Origin: Actinomycetota bacterium
GTDB taxonomy: Bacteria > Actinomycetota > Geothermincolia > Geothermincolales > RBG-13-55-18
Length of the DNA: 64,000 bases
Reading direction: 5' to 3'
Assembly: GCA_014360685.1 (NCBI GenBank)
Contig: JACIXB010000011.1
Coordinates: 195,261 to 259,260, forward strand
Part shown: positions 26,322 to 36,987 of the stretch, in pieces
Numbering within the stretch: position 1 is the stretch's first letter
How the letters are laid out: every line of letters begins with the position of its first letter
Notes under the pieces: model-generated
The model's input: the letters and a program-made list of their open reading frames with translations, nothing else
The model's database searches: none
What the model was told of the DNA's origin: nothing
Translations under genes and position numbers: made by a program

Positions 26322-27524
26322 ATGAAGTTCGTCGTCCTGGTGCCGGACGGCGCCGCCGACCATCCGGTGGCCGGCCGCGGCGGCGTCACGCCGCTGGAAG
26401 CGGCCAGCCTGCCCAACATGGACTTCCTGGCCGAGAACGGGATCTGCGGCACGGCGGTCACCGTGCCGGAAGGGATGCCGGCGGGAAGCGATGTTGCCAA
26501 TTTTTCCCTCCTGGGCTATGACCCCAAGGAATATTACTGCGGTCGCGGACCGCTGGAAGCGGCCAGCATGGGGGTGCACCTCTCGGCGGACCAGGTGGCT
26601 TTCCGCTGCAACCTGGTGACCGAGGAGGAAGGCCGGCTGGTCGATTACAGCGCCGGCCACATAACCAACCAGGAGGCCCGCAGGCTGATCCGCTTCCTGG
26701 ACGACAAGCTGGGGGATCACTATACCGCTTTCCACCCCGGGGTGGGATACAGGCACCTCCTCGTCCTGCGGGGACTGAAGCATCTGGAAGACGTCTGCGT
26801 CCCTCCTCACGACGTGGTGGGTCGGCGGATCGAAGAGATCCTCCCCCGGGGTCCGGGCTCGGAACGGTTGCGCTCCCTGATCAGGCTTTCCCGGCGGTTG
26901 CTGGATGGCCACCCCGTGAACTGGTGGCGCAGGGAACGCGGGCTGCGGCCGGCGAACATGATATGGCCCTGGGGGCAAGGGCGATCGCCGCAACTCCCGA
27001 CCCTGAGGGAGAAGTACGGCCTTTCCGGAGCGGTTATCACCGCCGTGGACCTGGTCAAGGGCCTGGGCCTCCTCGCCGGGATGGAGGTGGTGAACGTCCC
27101 CGGCGCCACGGGTTATTACGATACCGATTACGAGGCCAAGGCCCGCTACGCCCTTCATGCCCTGAGGAGGGTGGACCTTGTGTACGTGCACGTGGAGGCT
27201 CCCGACGAGGCGGGACACGAGGGCGACTGGGAAGCCAAGGTAGAGGCCCTGGAGAACTTCGACCGCCATGTCGTGGGCGCCGTTCTCGACGAATCGGTCC
27301 GCCTGCACGAGGAGTTCCACATCCTGCTGGCGCCCGATCACCCCACCCCCTTGGAAGTGAGGACCCACGTCCCGGAGCCGGTGCCCTTCGCCCTCTACTT
27401 GGCGGGAGAGAAACACGACGCGGCACGTGCCTTCAACGAACGCGAGGCCTTGAACGGAAGCTACCGGGACATCCCGGCATGGGAACTCATGGACATGCTG
27501 GTCAGGGGGGGATCCGGCCGGTAA
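26322..27524 (+). CDS. ApgM-type (archaeal-form) cofactor-independent phosphoglycerate-mutase-like alkaline-phosphatase-superfamily protein; possible alternative homoserine kinase
   Basis: 'KFVVLVPDGAADHP', 'TPLE.A..PNMD', 'GSDVANFSLLGYDP', 'VHVEAPDEAGHEGD'. ATG at 26322 follows GGGAGG. Confidence 0.8.
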   Translation: MKFVVLVPDGAADHPVAGRGGVTPLEAASLPNMDFLAENGICGTAVTVPEGMPAGSDVANFSLLGYDPKEYYCGRGPLEAASMGVHLSADQVAFRCNLVTEEEGRLVDYSAGHITNQEARRLIRFLDDKLGDHYTAFHPGVGYRHLLVLRGLKHLEDVCVPPHDVVGRRIEEILPRGPGSERLRSLIRLSRRLLDGHPVNWWRRERGLRPANMIWPWGQGRSPQLPTLREKYGLSGAVITAVDLVKGLGLLAGMEVVNVPGATGYYDTDYEAKARYALHALRRVDLVYVHVEAPDEAGHEGDWEAKVEALENFDRHVVGAVLDESVRLHEEFHILLAPDHPTPLEVRTHVPEPVPFALYLAGEKHDAARAFNEREALNGSYRDIPAWELMDMLVRGGSGR

Positions 27525-27623
27525 CCCCCCCGGCGGGGCTTGCCTTATAATGTAAGCGTAGGAGCGGCGACCCGCTCGGCCGACGCGTTTCCCGGGCCGG
27601 GCGGCCTTGGAGGCGGGCGGGAA

Positions 27624-28454
27624 GTGTCGAAGTTGTCGTCGAAGACCTATCCGGTCAAGAAATCTCCGGTGGTGGTGGCCCACATATCCGACTTCCATAT
27701 CGGGTCCTACCACTTCGTGGCCAACCTCATGAACCGCACCATTCACGAGCTCAACGAGCTGCGCCCGGATATCGTGGTGGTTACCGGGGACCTGACCAAC
27801 GAAGGATTCCGGCAGGAATACCTGACCGCCAAGTCCTACCTGGACAACCTGGAATGCGAGAACATAGTCGTCGTTCCGGGAAACCACGATTCCCGCAACG
27901 TGGGGTACCTCCACTTCCAGGAGCTCTTTGGCCCCCTCTTCCGTTGCCTGGAATACGAGGGGGTCTTCATCATGGGAGTGGATTCCAGCGAGCCGGACCT
28001 CGACGACGGCAAGATAGGCCGCGAGAAATACGGGTGGATTGTGAATAGTTTCCAATCCACGGAGGCTTTCAAGATCTTCGCCCTGCACCACCACCTGCTG
28101 CCCGTCCCGGGAACCGGGAGGGAGCGCAACATCGTCTATGATGCCGGGGACATCCTCGAGTTGCTGATATACGCCGGGGTGGATCTCGTGCTCACCGGCC
28201 ACAAGCACGTCCCTTACGTGTGGAGGCTGGAGGACATGTACCTGGTGAACGCCGGGACCATATCCTCCCTACGCTTGCGGGGCCATACCAAGCCCTGCTA
28301 TAACCTTATCGAAATCCGCGAGAACGACGTGAGGGTCCTCCGCAAGTACCCCTTCGGGGGAAGCGACGTCATCGCCCGGTTCGGAGCCGGGGCGGGAGAG
28401 ACCCAGCGGGAACTGTCCGGTGTGGCCCGGGAGATAATAGGGACGGATATCTGA
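27624..28454 (+). CDS. Calcineurin-like metallophosphoesterase
   Basis: 'VAHISDFHIG', 'VVVTGDLTNEG', 'VVVPGNHD', 'FALHHHLLP', 'LVLTGHKH'. GTG at 27624 preferred; ORF-track TTG at 27540 overlaps a TATAAT-like box. Confidence 0.75.
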   Translation: MSKLSSKTYPVKKSPVVVAHISDFHIGSYHFVANLMNRTIHELNELRPDIVVVTGDLTNEGFRQEYLTAKSYLDNLECENIVVVPGNHDSRNVGYLHFQELFGPLFRCLEYEGVFIMGVDSSEPDLDDGKIGREKYGWIVNSFQSTEAFKIFALHHHLLPVPGTGRERNIVYDAGDILELLIYAGVDLVLTGHKHVPYVWRLEDMYLVNAGTISSLRLRGHTKPCYNLIEIRENDVRVLRKYPFGGSDVIARFGAGAGETQRELSGVAREIIGTDI

Positions 28455-28870
28455 GGCCCTGGCACTTTGACCGACTGCCGTGGATGCCGGACAGGCGGCC
28501 CGGCCGGGTATAAGTACTCGAGAAGCATGATTCCCGGTACGGGGAAAAGAACTTCACGCCCCTTCCCTCGCCATAGGACGGCCTGAGAGAAAGCCGCCGG
28601 GGCCCCTTTCGGCAGTCGCGGAAGGTCATGCGGCGGAAGGACCCGGGTGGGGAAGAACTTGGACCGGAACCGGTTTCACACTCGGGCCGCGTCCCTGGAA
28701 GCCTGCCGAGCGCGGTCGAGGACGAGTCGCGGCTTCCCTCGGAAAGACCGTCGAGAACGTGTCGCTGCGGGGTCAGGCGGTCTCCGCCCGCCGGATGGCA
28801 GGCGGAAAGCATCGTAAAACGGTGGGGGTACACGAGCCGCTTAGTCGGTGTTGCTGTTGGGGTGGAGGCG

Positions 28871-30199
28871 ATGAGAAGAGCCCTTTTCCTGGTGGACGGC
28901 GAACACCATCCCTCGACCATCCTGGATGCCGTGCTCCAGCTGGAGGAAGTAGAGGGTCTGTTGCCGGTGGGCCTTTTCTTCCTGGGCGGCACGGAGAAGA
29001 TGCCCGACCTCGATGCCCTCGCCTCGCCGCGCTGGGAACTGGTGGTGGCCGGCGATCTCCCCGCCGGGCTGGCCGCCTGCGTCGACCGGCTGAACCCGGA
29101 GGTGGTGGTGGACCTGAGCGACCTTCCGGTGCTGGATGCGGGGACCAGGTTCTCGCTGGCCTCCGTGGCCTTGGCCCGCGGGGCGACCTACCGCGGAGCG
29201 GATTTCGAGTTCCGTCCTCCCCGCCGGGAGAGGATACTGACCGGGCCATCCTGCGCGGTCATCGGCACCGGAAAGCGGTGCGGCAAGACGGCGGTATCCG
29301 CGGAGATGGCCCGCTGCCTGAGCGAATGGGGCTACCGTACGGTGGTGGTGGCCATGGGACGGGGCGGCCCGCCGGAGCCCTACCTGGTGGACGGGAGAGG
29401 CGTCGACGGGGCCTTCCTCCTCGGCGAGCTTTCCAAGGGCTTCCATGCCGCCTCGGATCATTACGAGGACGCCCTGGTCACCGGGTTGACCACCGTGGGC
29501 TCGCGCCGTTGCGGCGGCGGCATGGCCGGGCAGCCATTCGTCACCAACTGCGCGGAGGCGGCCCGCCTGGCGGAGAGCCTGGGGATGGACGCCGTGATCA
29601 TGGAGGGGAGCGGCTCCAGCATCCCTCCCGTGGAGACACGGGGCGCCGTATGCGTGATCAGCGCCGCCCAGGACCCGAGGGATGCCCTGGAGTACCTCGG
29701 CCCATACCGCGTCTTGATTTCGGACGGGGTTGTAATTACAATGGCAGAGGAACCTTTCGCTGATCCCCGCCGAGTGTCATCGTTGCGCGAAAGGATAAAG
29801 CGTATAAAGGACGAGATATTAACCATAGAGACGGTTTTCAGGCCTCATCCCTTGAAACCCATAGGCGGAAAGAAAGTGTTCCTTGCCGCGACCGCTCCGC
29901 CCGAGGCGGGGGACGTTTTGCGGGATTACCTGGAGGAGAAAACGGGTTGCAGGGTGGCGGGGATGAGCTTTAATCTCAACGATCGCAGGGCGTTGAGGCG
30001 GGAGCTGGAGGAGGCGCGGGACGCCGAGGTCTTCCTGACCGAGCTCAAGGCCGCCGCCGTGGATACGGTGGCCAGGTACGCGGAGGAGACGGGAAGGGAA
30101 GTGGTCTACTTCCACAATCTTCCGATCCCGGCGCGTCCGGGAGAGAGGTTGGAGGACTTCTTCCGCGCCGTCTGGGAAAGGGTGCTGGAGAGGACATGA
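28871..30199 (+). CDS. cpgS: Cyclic 2,3-diphosphoglycerate synthetase-like protein (P-loop family)
   Basis: 'AVIGTGKRCGKTAVSAEMA', 'VVVAMGRGGPPEP', about 440 aa. ATG at 28871 follows GGTGGAGG. Family call is from memory of the methanogen enzymes and was not searched. Confidence 0.65.
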   Translation: MRRALFLVDGEHHPSTILDAVLQLEEVEGLLPVGLFFLGGTEKMPDLDALASPRWELVVAGDLPAGLAACVDRLNPEVVVDLSDLPVLDAGTRFSLASVALARGATYRGADFEFRPPRRERILTGPSCAVIGTGKRCGKTAVSAEMARCLSEWGYRTVVVAMGRGGPPEPYLVDGRGVDGAFLLGELSKGFHAASDHYEDALVTGLTTVGSRRCGGGMAGQPFVTNCAEAARLAESLGMDAVIMEGSGSSIPPVETRGAVCVISAAQDPRDALEYLGPYRVLISDGVVITMAEEPFADPRRVSSLRERIKRIKDEILTIETVFRPHPLKPIGGKKVFLAATAPPEAGDVLRDYLEEKTGCRVAGMSFNLNDRRALRRELEEARDAEVFLTELKAAAVDTVARYAEETGREVVYFHNLPIPARPGERLEDFFRAVWERVLERT

Positions 30200-31155
30200 A
30201 GGAAAAAGAGGAGGAGAGCGCCAAGAGGATAACCGTCCTCGACGAGGAACAACACCGGGTGCCCTTTTCCAAGGGGCTGACGGCCAACGCCATCATGGCC
30301 TCCGGCCTGGCGCCGGGCCCTGCTTACCTGGTGGCCGCGGAGATCGAGGAGCTCCTCGTACGGGAGGGAAGGCTGGAAGTCAAGATCCGCGAGCTGCACG
30401 GCATCATCTACGATACCCTTTTAAAGAGGGCGGGCAAGAAGCACGCGGAGAACTATTCCAGGTACATAAGTTTCAGCCGCTTGAACAAGCCGCTGGTGGT
30501 GCTCATCGGCGGTTCGACGGGGGTGGGAAAATCCACCATCGCCACCATGATCGCCAACCGCCTGAGCATCGTGCGCATCGTGTCCACGGACGCCATACGG
30601 GAGGTCATGCGGGCCTTCTTCTCCCGGGAGCTCATGCCCACCATCCACACCTCCTCCTTCGACGCGGACACGGCCCTCATACATCCCCTGCCGCCGCACG
30701 TGGACCCGGTGGTGGCCGGGTTTCGGGAGCAGAGCCTGTCCGTCCTGGTGGGGGTGAGGGCGATCATAAAGCGGGCCCTGAACGAGGGAACGCACATCAT
30801 CATCGAGGGGGCGCACATCGTCCCGGGATTCATAGCCCCGGAACAGTTCCCGGAGGCCTTCATCGTGCCCCTGGTGATCAAGGTTTCCGACGAGAGGATG
30901 CACAAGGACCACCTTTACGTGAGGGGGGTGGAGACGCAGGGCACGCGCCCCTTCCAGCGCTATATCAAGCACTTCGAGAACATCAGGAAGATCCAGGATT
31001 ACATCCTCCATATGTCCGACATCACCGGTGTGAAAACGGTGGAATGCGTTGACCTGGACACCACCGTCTCCGAGGTGGTGGAATACATAATCAACTCCGC
31101 CTACGATATGGCCCGCAGGGAGAAGCTGCTGGTGGAGGCGGGGAACATCGTCTGA
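30196..31155 (+). CDS. 2-Phosphoglycerate kinase-like protein (ATP-cone-like N-terminus plus P-loop kinase)
   Basis: 'ITVLDEE..RVPFSKG' N-domain, Walker A 'LIGGSTGVGKSTIA', 'IVSTDAIREVMR', 'IIEGAHIVPG'. ATGA overlap with the upstream gene. Confidence 0.72.
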   Translation: MKEKEEESAKRITVLDEEQHRVPFSKGLTANAIMASGLAPGPAYLVAAEIEELLVREGRLEVKIRELHGIIYDTLLKRAGKKHAENYSRYISFSRLNKPLVVLIGGSTGVGKSTIATMIANRLSIVRIVSTDAIREVMRAFFSRELMPTIHTSSFDADTALIHPLPPHVDPVVAGFREQSLSVLVGVRAIIKRALNEGTHIIIEGAHIVPGFIAPEQFPEAFIVPLVIKVSDERMHKDHLYVRGVETQGTRPFQRYIKHFENIRKIQDYILHMSDITGVKTVECVDLDTTVSEVVEYIINSAYDMARREKLLVEAGNIV

Positions 31156-31329
31156 CCGGCTGCGTTTCCCCGGGGGCGGGTCCCGGAGACGCCGCCGGAG
31201 GCGGATGTAGGCGGGGAACCGGCCCGAGGAACCCCGTGGCCGGCGGCGATATCCGTTCCCCGTGGAGGGGAAAAGAACGGAAGAACGGAAGAAAGGCAGG
31301 AGCATGTCGCGGTCGAGCGGAGGAAGGAG

Positions 31330-31977
31330 ATGAAACTTTTCCTGGACACGGCCAACGTGGAGCACATCAGGGAGATCAACGAGTGGGGGGTTCTTTCCGG
31401 GGTGACCACCAACCCCTCGCTGGTCTCCAGGGAAGGGCGCGCCATGCGGGAAGTTTTGGAAGAGATTACCAGAATAGTCAAGGGGCCGGTGAGCGCGGAA
31501 GCGGTAAGTCAGGACGCGGAAGGCATGGTTAGGGAGGCCCGGGAGCTGGCCTCCATCGCCGAGAACATAAACGTCAAGATACCCATGACCCCTCAAGGGC
31601 TGGCGGCGGTCAGCCGATTAAGCAGGGAGGGGATCAAGACCAACGTCACCCTGGTCTTTTCCGCCAACCAGGCCCTTCTGGCCGCCGCAGCGGGTGCCAC
31701 TTTCGTCAGTCCCTTCGTAGGGCGTTTGGACGACATCGGCAATAACGGCATGGCCGTGGTGGAGGAGATCGTGGATATCTTCGACACCTACGACATCCCC
31801 ACGCTGGTCATCGCCGCCAGCCTGAGGCACCCCATGCACGTGGTACAGGCGGCCCGGGCCGGCGCGCACATAGCCACCATCCCCTACGAGGTGATGGTCA
31901 AGATGGTGAAGCACCCGCTGACGGATATAGGGATAAGGAAATTCCTGGAGGACTATGAAAAGATCAGGAACCTTTGA
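31330..31977 (+). CDS. tal: Short-form transaldolase / fructose-6-phosphate aldolase
   Basis: 'KLFLDTANV', 'GVTTNPSL', Schiff-base Lys 'NVKIP', 'TNVTLVFS', '[11 protein letters not shown]'; 215 aa. Confidence 0.9.
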   Translation: MKLFLDTANVEHIREINEWGVLSGVTTNPSLVSREGRAMREVLEEITRIVKGPVSAEAVSQDAEGMVREARELASIAENINVKIPMTPQGLAAVSRLSREGIKTNVTLVFSANQALLAAAAGATFVSPFVGRLDDIGNNGMAVVEEIVDIFDTYDIPTLVIAASLRHPMHVVQAARAGAHIATIPYEVMVKMVKHPLTDIGIRKFLEDYEKIRNL

Positions 31978-32039
31978 GAAAGAGACCTTTGAGAACCGGC
32001 GCTGCGGCGCCGTAATCCCAGCGAAAAGGAGGTGAGAAA

Positions 32040-33305
32040 TTGGAACAGACGCTGGACAGAGCCAAGCTGGAGTCCATGCTCCTGGTGGACCTCCAGAGCA
32101 TGGCCCGGGAAATGGGCATGACCGGCATCACCGGCATGCGCAAGCAGGAGCTCATCGAGAGTATCCTGAGCCGCCGGGTCGAGGAGGAAGGCCTTTTCAT
32201 CCGCACCGGGATCCTGGATATCCTTCCCGAGGGCTACGGCTTCCTGCGTACCAGGGGCTACCTCCCCAGCGAGGACGACATCTACGTGTCCCTCTCGCAG
32301 ATAAGGCGCTTCCACCTCAAGAGGGGCGACGAGATCCAGGGGCAGGTGAGGCCGCCGAAGGACAGCGAGAAGTACAACGCCCTCCTGCGCATCGAGAAGG
32401 TCAACGGCGACAACCCCGAGGTCTGCCGGGAGCGTAAGCAGTTCGAGCAACTTACACCCCTCTTCCCCCTGGAGAGGCTCCGCCTGGAGACCCCCAACGG
32501 GGAGGTGGCGCCGCGCATCATCGACCTCATCGCGCCCATCGGCAAGGGCCAGAGGGGGCTCATCGTGTCGCCTCCCAAGGCGGGCAAGACCACCATCCTT
32601 AAGCAGATAGCCAACAGCATCACCCACAACAACCCCGAGGTGAAGCTGATCGTGCTCCTGGTGGACGAGCGTCCCGAGGAGGTCACGGACATGGAGCGCT
32701 CGGTGAAGGGGGAGGTTATAAGCTCCACCTTCGACCAGCCCTCCGACAACCACATCCAGGTAGCGGAACTGGTGCTGGAGAGGGCCAAGCGGCTGGTGGA
32801 ACACAACCACGACGTGGTGATCCTCCTGGACAGCATCACCCGCCTGGCCAGGGCCTACAACCTGGCCACGCCCACCAGCGGGAGGATCCTCTCCGGTGGC
32901 GTGGACTCCACGGCCCTCTACCCGCCCAAGAGATTCTTCGGGGCGGCGCGCAACATAGAGGACGGTGGCAGCCTCACCATCATAGCCACCGCTCTGGTGG
33001 AGACCGGTTCCCGCATGGACGAGGTCATCTTCGAGGAATTCAAGGGCACCGGCAACATGGAACTGCACCTGGACCGCAAGCTGGCCGACAAGCGCATCTT
33101 CCCGGCCATCGAGATAGATAAGTCCGGGACCCGCAAGGAAGAGCTGATCATGGAACCGGAGGAAGCCCAGGTGGTCTGGAAGCTCCGCCGCGTCCTGCAT
33201 GCCCTGGACCCCAGCGCGGCCATTGAGCTGCTCATAGACAAGATTCGCAGCACCAGGAACAACCAGGAGTTCCTGAACGAGATAGCCAGGTCGCCCATCT
33301 CCTGA
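32040..33305 (+). CDS. rho: Transcription termination factor Rho
   Basis: N-terminal '[11 protein letters not shown]....RKQELI', RNA-binding 'GFLR...YLPS..DIYVS', Walker A '[11 protein letters not shown]', 'LVDERPEEV'. TTG start after AAGGAGGTG. Confidence 0.95.
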   Translation: MEQTLDRAKLESMLLVDLQSMAREMGMTGITGMRKQELIESILSRRVEEEGLFIRTGILDILPEGYGFLRTRGYLPSEDDIYVSLSQIRRFHLKRGDEIQGQVRPPKDSEKYNALLRIEKVNGDNPEVCRERKQFEQLTPLFPLERLRLETPNGEVAPRIIDLIAPIGKGQRGLIVSPPKAGKTTILKQIANSITHNNPEVKLIVLLVDERPEEVTDMERSVKGEVISSTFDQPSDNHIQVAELVLERAKRLVEHNHDVVILLDSITRLARAYNLATPTSGRILSGGVDSTALYPPKRFFGAARNIEDGGSLTIIATALVETGSRMDEVIFEEFKGTGNMELHLDRKLADKRIFPAIEIDKSGTRKEELIMEPEEAQVVWKLRRVLHALDPSAAIELLIDKIRSTRNNQEFLNEIARSPIS

Positions 33306-33710
33306 TCCGGGCCTGGGGGCGGCCGTTTTCCCTCGACCGTCGCCGGCCGGATGGACCCCGGATCTTTCCTTCCGGGAAGACAGGCGAAGACCTTGGAGGG
33401 GGAAAGGGGGCGTTTTTGCGCCCCTTCCCGCCCGGGAAGGTCGGTGCGCGGGTAGGTGGTCCGCCGGTGCCCGGCCACGCTTGGATGGCGGGCGTGCGAG
33501 TTTCCCAGCCGGGAGGTCGGCGGAGGGTGGGCGCCGTTACGCCGGTGCGGTCTCCGGTTGCCGGGGCGGGCGGCCCCGGCGTCCGGGAGGGCCGGCCACC
33601 GAAGGGGAGAGGACGACCCCCCCTTCCCGCAGGCGCTTCCGCTCCTGTTCAAGCGCGGCGGGCATTGCTATACTTTATGGGTCGTGGGATTAATAGGGAG
33701 GACGCCGAGG

Positions 33711-33953
33711 ATGAAGAAGGGAATACATCCCGAGTACGTGGAGGCGACGGTCACCTGTTCCTGCGGGAACACCTTCAAGACCCGCTCCACCAAGCCCGTC
33801 CTGCGGGTGGAGATATGTTCCCAGTGCCACCCCTTCTATTCCGGCAAGCAGAAGCTGGTGGACACCGGGGGTCGGGTGGAGCGCTTCGAGCGGCGCTACG
33901 GGAAGGCGAGACCGCAGCGCAAGAAGAAAGGGGCGGAGAAGGCGGAAGGATAA
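33711..33953 (+). CDS. rpmE: 50S ribosomal protein L31
   Basis: 'MKKGIHPEY...CSCGNTF...[22 protein letters not shown]'. Internal ATG of ORF-track 33456..33953. Confidence 0.95.
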   Translation: MKKGIHPEYVEATVTCSCGNTFKTRSTKPVLRVEICSQCHPFYSGKQKLVDTGGRVERFERRYGKARPQRKKKGAEKAEG

Positions 33954-33981
33954 CCCTTTCCGCTTCCCGCTTCTCCATCCC

Positions 33982-34950
33982 ATGGAGATGAAGGACGACC
34001 CCCGCGCCTCCGCTCCCGCCGGGCCGCGGCCCGGTACGGGAGACACCGCGCGCATCGGTGGACAGGCCCTCATCGAGGGCGTCATGTTCCGCGGGAGCCG
34101 CTTTTGGTCGCTGGCCGTGCGCAGGCCGGATGGTTCCATATATTCCCAGGTGAACGCCCTGCGTTCCTTCCTCGTGCGTCACCCCTCCTGGGACCGGCCC
34201 TTTGTGCGGGGTTTCTTCATCCTCGGGGAGAGCCTTGTCCTGGGGTGGAGGGCCCTTTCCCTCTCCGCCGACCTGGCCTTGGAAGAGGAGGGGAAAGGCG
34301 GGGGAGGCCTGGGTACGCTGGAGAAGGCGGCTTCCTTCTTGCTGGCCCTGCTCCTGGCGGTGGGCCTGTTCATCGTCCTTCCCACCTGGCTGGCGCCCCG
34401 TCTCCTGGACCCGGGCGCCCCGGTGTGGGCCTGGAACCTCCTGGAAGGCGGCATGCGGGTGGCCCTTTTCGTGCTCTACCTCGTGCTGGTATCCCTTTCC
34501 AGGGACATGCGGCGGGTCTTCCAGTACCACGGAGCCGAGCACCAGTCCATTCACCTCCTGGAGCACGGTTACCCCCTGGAACCGGAGTTCGCCCTCCGCG
34601 AGGGCACCGACCACCTGCGCTGCGGGACCTCCTTCGTGCTGCTGGTCCTTGTGCTGACCGTGGCCGTCTATTCCCTCCTGGGGCGGCCCGTTCTTTGGGT
34701 GCGTGTCCTGGAGAGGGTGGCGGTCATCCCGCTGATAGCCGGCGTCTCTTATGAGATAATGAGGTACGCGGAGGGAAACCGTTCGCCCTGGATTGAGACG
34801 CTGGTGGCTCCCGGACTGGCCCTGCAGAGGCTTACCACCCGGCGGCCGGACAGGGAACAGGCGGAAGTGGCCGTGGCCGCGCTCAAGGCGCTCCTGGAGA
34901 AGGAGGGGGACGCGGAAGGGGAGGACCATGACCTTCCTGGAGAGGCTTGA
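33982..34950 (+). CDS. DUF1385-family membrane protein
   Basis: '[14 protein letters not shown]', multiple TM helices, 'YHGAEH' and 'CGTSF' motifs. Sits in the conserved rpmE-prfA gap. Confidence 0.8.
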   Translation: MEMKDDPRASAPAGPRPGTGDTARIGGQALIEGVMFRGSRFWSLAVRRPDGSIYSQVNALRSFLVRHPSWDRPFVRGFFILGESLVLGWRALSLSADLALEEEGKGGGGLGTLEKAASFLLALLLAVGLFIVLPTWLAPRLLDPGAPVWAWNLLEGGMRVALFVLYLVLVSLSRDMRRVFQYHGAEHQSIHLLEHGYPLEPEFALREGTDHLRCGTSFVLLVLVLTVAVYSLLGRPVLWVRVLERVAVIPLIAGVSYEIMRYAEGNRSPWIETLVAPGLALQRLTTRRPDREQAEVAVAALKALLEKEGDAEGEDHDLPGEA

Positions 34951-36010
34951 GGACCTGGAAAGGACTTACCAGGAACTGGAAGAACAGCTCGCGCGCCCCG
35001 AGGTCTACAACGACCGGAGGCGCTACGCGGAGCTGGCGCGCAGCCATGCCGAGCTCTCCGAGGTGGTCTCCCTGCTGCGGGAATACCGCCGCTGCCTGCA
35101 GGAAGCCGCGGAGGCCCGCGACCTCCTGAAGGAGGAAAGGGATCCCGAGATGCAGGAGTTCCTCCGCGACTCCCTGAGGGAGGCGGAGGGCCGCGCCGGG
35201 GAGCTCGAGGAGAGGATAAAGGTACTCCTCCTGCCCGTGGACCCGCGGGACCGCAAGGACGTCATCATGGAGATCCGCGCCGGGGCGGGAGGCGAGGAGG
35301 CCGGGCTTTTCGCCGGCGACCTGTACCGCATGTATACCCGTTACGCCGAGCGCCGGGGGTGGAGGACGGAACCCCTTTCCTCGAGCCCCTCGGAGCTGGG
35401 GGGCTTCAAGGAGGTCATCTTTTCGGTGCGCGGGGAGGGCGCCTACAGCCGCTTGAAGTTCGAGTCCGGCGTGCACCGCGTGCAGCGCATCCCGGTCACC
35501 GAGTCCGGGGGACGCATCCACACCTCCACGGCCACCGTGGCCGTGCTCCCGGAAGCGGAGGAGGTGGAGGTGGACATAGACCCCGCGGACCTGCGCGTCG
35601 ACGTCTTCCGTTCCACCGGCCCCGGGGGGCAGTCGGTGAACACCACCGATTCGGCAGTGCGCGTAACCCACCTCCCCACCGGGGTGGTGGTCACCTGCCA
35701 GGACGAAAAGAGCCAGCTGCAGAACCGCGAGAAGGCCATGCGCATCCTCCGTGCCCGCCTTCTGCGCATGGAGCAGGAGAGGCAGCGAAGGGAGCAGGCC
35801 GAGGAGCGCCGTTCCCAGGTGGGGACCGGGGACCGTTCGGAACGCATCCGCACTTACAATTTTCCCCAGGGAAGGGTCACCGACCACCGGATCGGGATGA
35901 CCCTCTACCGCCTGGAGGAGGTGCTGGACGGGGACCTGGACGAGTTGATCGAGGCCCTGGCCGCGGCCGACCGGGCGGAGAGGCTGGCGGAGACGGGTGG
36001 CGTTGAGTGA
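34928..36010 (+). CDS. prfA: Peptide chain release factor 1
   Basis: 'GAGGEEA', 'PVTES', '[15 protein letters not shown]' (GGQ), '[17 protein letters not shown]'. ATG at 34928 inside ORF-track 34793. Confidence 0.95.
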   Translation: MTFLERLEDLERTYQELEEQLARPEVYNDRRRYAELARSHAELSEVVSLLREYRRCLQEAAEARDLLKEERDPEMQEFLRDSLREAEGRAGELEERIKVLLLPVDPRDRKDVIMEIRAGAGGEEAGLFAGDLYRMYTRYAERRGWRTEPLSSSPSELGGFKEVIFSVRGEGAYSRLKFESGVHRVQRIPVTESGGRIHTSTATVAVLPEAEEVEVDIDPADLRVDVFRSTGPGGQSVNTTDSAVRVTHLPTGVVVTCQDEKSQLQNREKAMRILRARLLRMEQERQRREQAEERRSQVGTGDRSERIRTYNFPQGRVTDHRIGMTLYRLEEVLDGDLDELIEALAAADRAERLAETGGVE

Positions 36011-36923
36011 GGAAATGGGGTATGGAAGGGCGGAGACCCGCCCGGCAGCCGAGGTACCCGCGCTGCTGAGCTGGGCCGCGCGCTTCCTGGAGCGCCGCGG
36101 AGTCCCCAAGCCCCGCCTCAACGCGGAGAGGCTCCTCTCCCACTGCACGGGTCGTTCGCGCGTGGAGCTATACGCCTACCCGGAGAGGCCGCTGCGGCGG
36201 GAGGAGAAGCGGGCCTTCGTGCGCGCCGTGGTACGGAGGTCCCGGCGTGAGCCCCTGCAGTACATCACCGGGACGACCGTCTTCCGCTACCTGGAGCTGA
36301 CCGTGGATGGGAGGGTACTCATTCCCCGCCCGGAGACGGAGATGGTGGTGGAGAGGGCTCTGGCCTTGCTCCGGGAGAGAGGGGGCCATCCCCTGGTGGT
36401 GGACGTGGGGACGGGGAGCGGGTGCATCGCCCTGTCCCTGGCCCGGGAGTACCCGGCCGCGGTGGTGCACGCCACGGACCTGGACCCGCGGGCCCTCTCG
36501 GCGGCCCGCGGGAACGCCCGCCGCCTGGGCATGGAGGGGCTGGTGCGGTTTCACCTCGGGGACTGTCTTTCCGCCCTACCCGGCGACCTGGAGGGCAAGG
36601 TCGACCTCGTGGTCAGCAATCCCCCCTATATCCGGGAGAAGGATTTTCGTGCCTTGCCCCCGGAGGTCAGGGATTACGAGCCGCGTTCCGCCCTGGTGGC
36701 CGGGCCCCGGGGGACAGAGGTGCACGAGCGTCTTCTCCGGCAGGCGTCCCGCTGGTTGGCCCCGGGGGGGTGGTTACTCATGGAGGGCGGCGAGGACCAG
36801 GTGGAAGGGCTGGCGGAACTGGCCCGTGCCCTGGGTTACGTGGAGGTGAAAGTGCACAAGGACCTCAACGGACGCCCGCGCATGGTGGAGGGCCGTTTGA
36901 CCCCGCGCGGGGCCTTTACCTAA
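35997..36923 (+). CDS. prmC: Release-factor glutamine N5-methyltransferase
   Basis: 'PLQYITG', 'LIPRPETE', '[10 protein letters not shown]', 'VVSNPPYI'. Overlaps the prfA stop. Confidence 0.9.
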   Translation: MALSEEMGYGRAETRPAAEVPALLSWAARFLERRGVPKPRLNAERLLSHCTGRSRVELYAYPERPLRREEKRAFVRAVVRRSRREPLQYITGTTVFRYLELTVDGRVLIPRPETEMVVERALALLRERGGHPLVVDVGTGSGCIALSLAREYPAAVVHATDLDPRALSAARGNARRLGMEGLVRFHLGDCLSALPGDLEGKVDLVVSNPPYIREKDFRALPPEVRDYEPRSALVAGPRGTEVHERLLRQASRWLAPGGWLLMEGGEDQVEGLAELARALGYVEVKVHKDLNGRPRMVEGRLTPRGAFT

Positions 36924-36987
36924 AATATTGGGGTCGTGGAAGGAAAAACCCGATAAATGGAAGAAGCAGGATAAGGGAGGTGAGGCC

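Noticed and set aside
25992-28208. 738-aa minus-strand ORF spanning thrC, the ApgM-like gene and the metallophosphoesterase
   Set aside because: It runs antisense across three independently motif-supported plus-strand genes and their intergenic gaps. Its composition is R/P/G/H-rich with no domain signatures.
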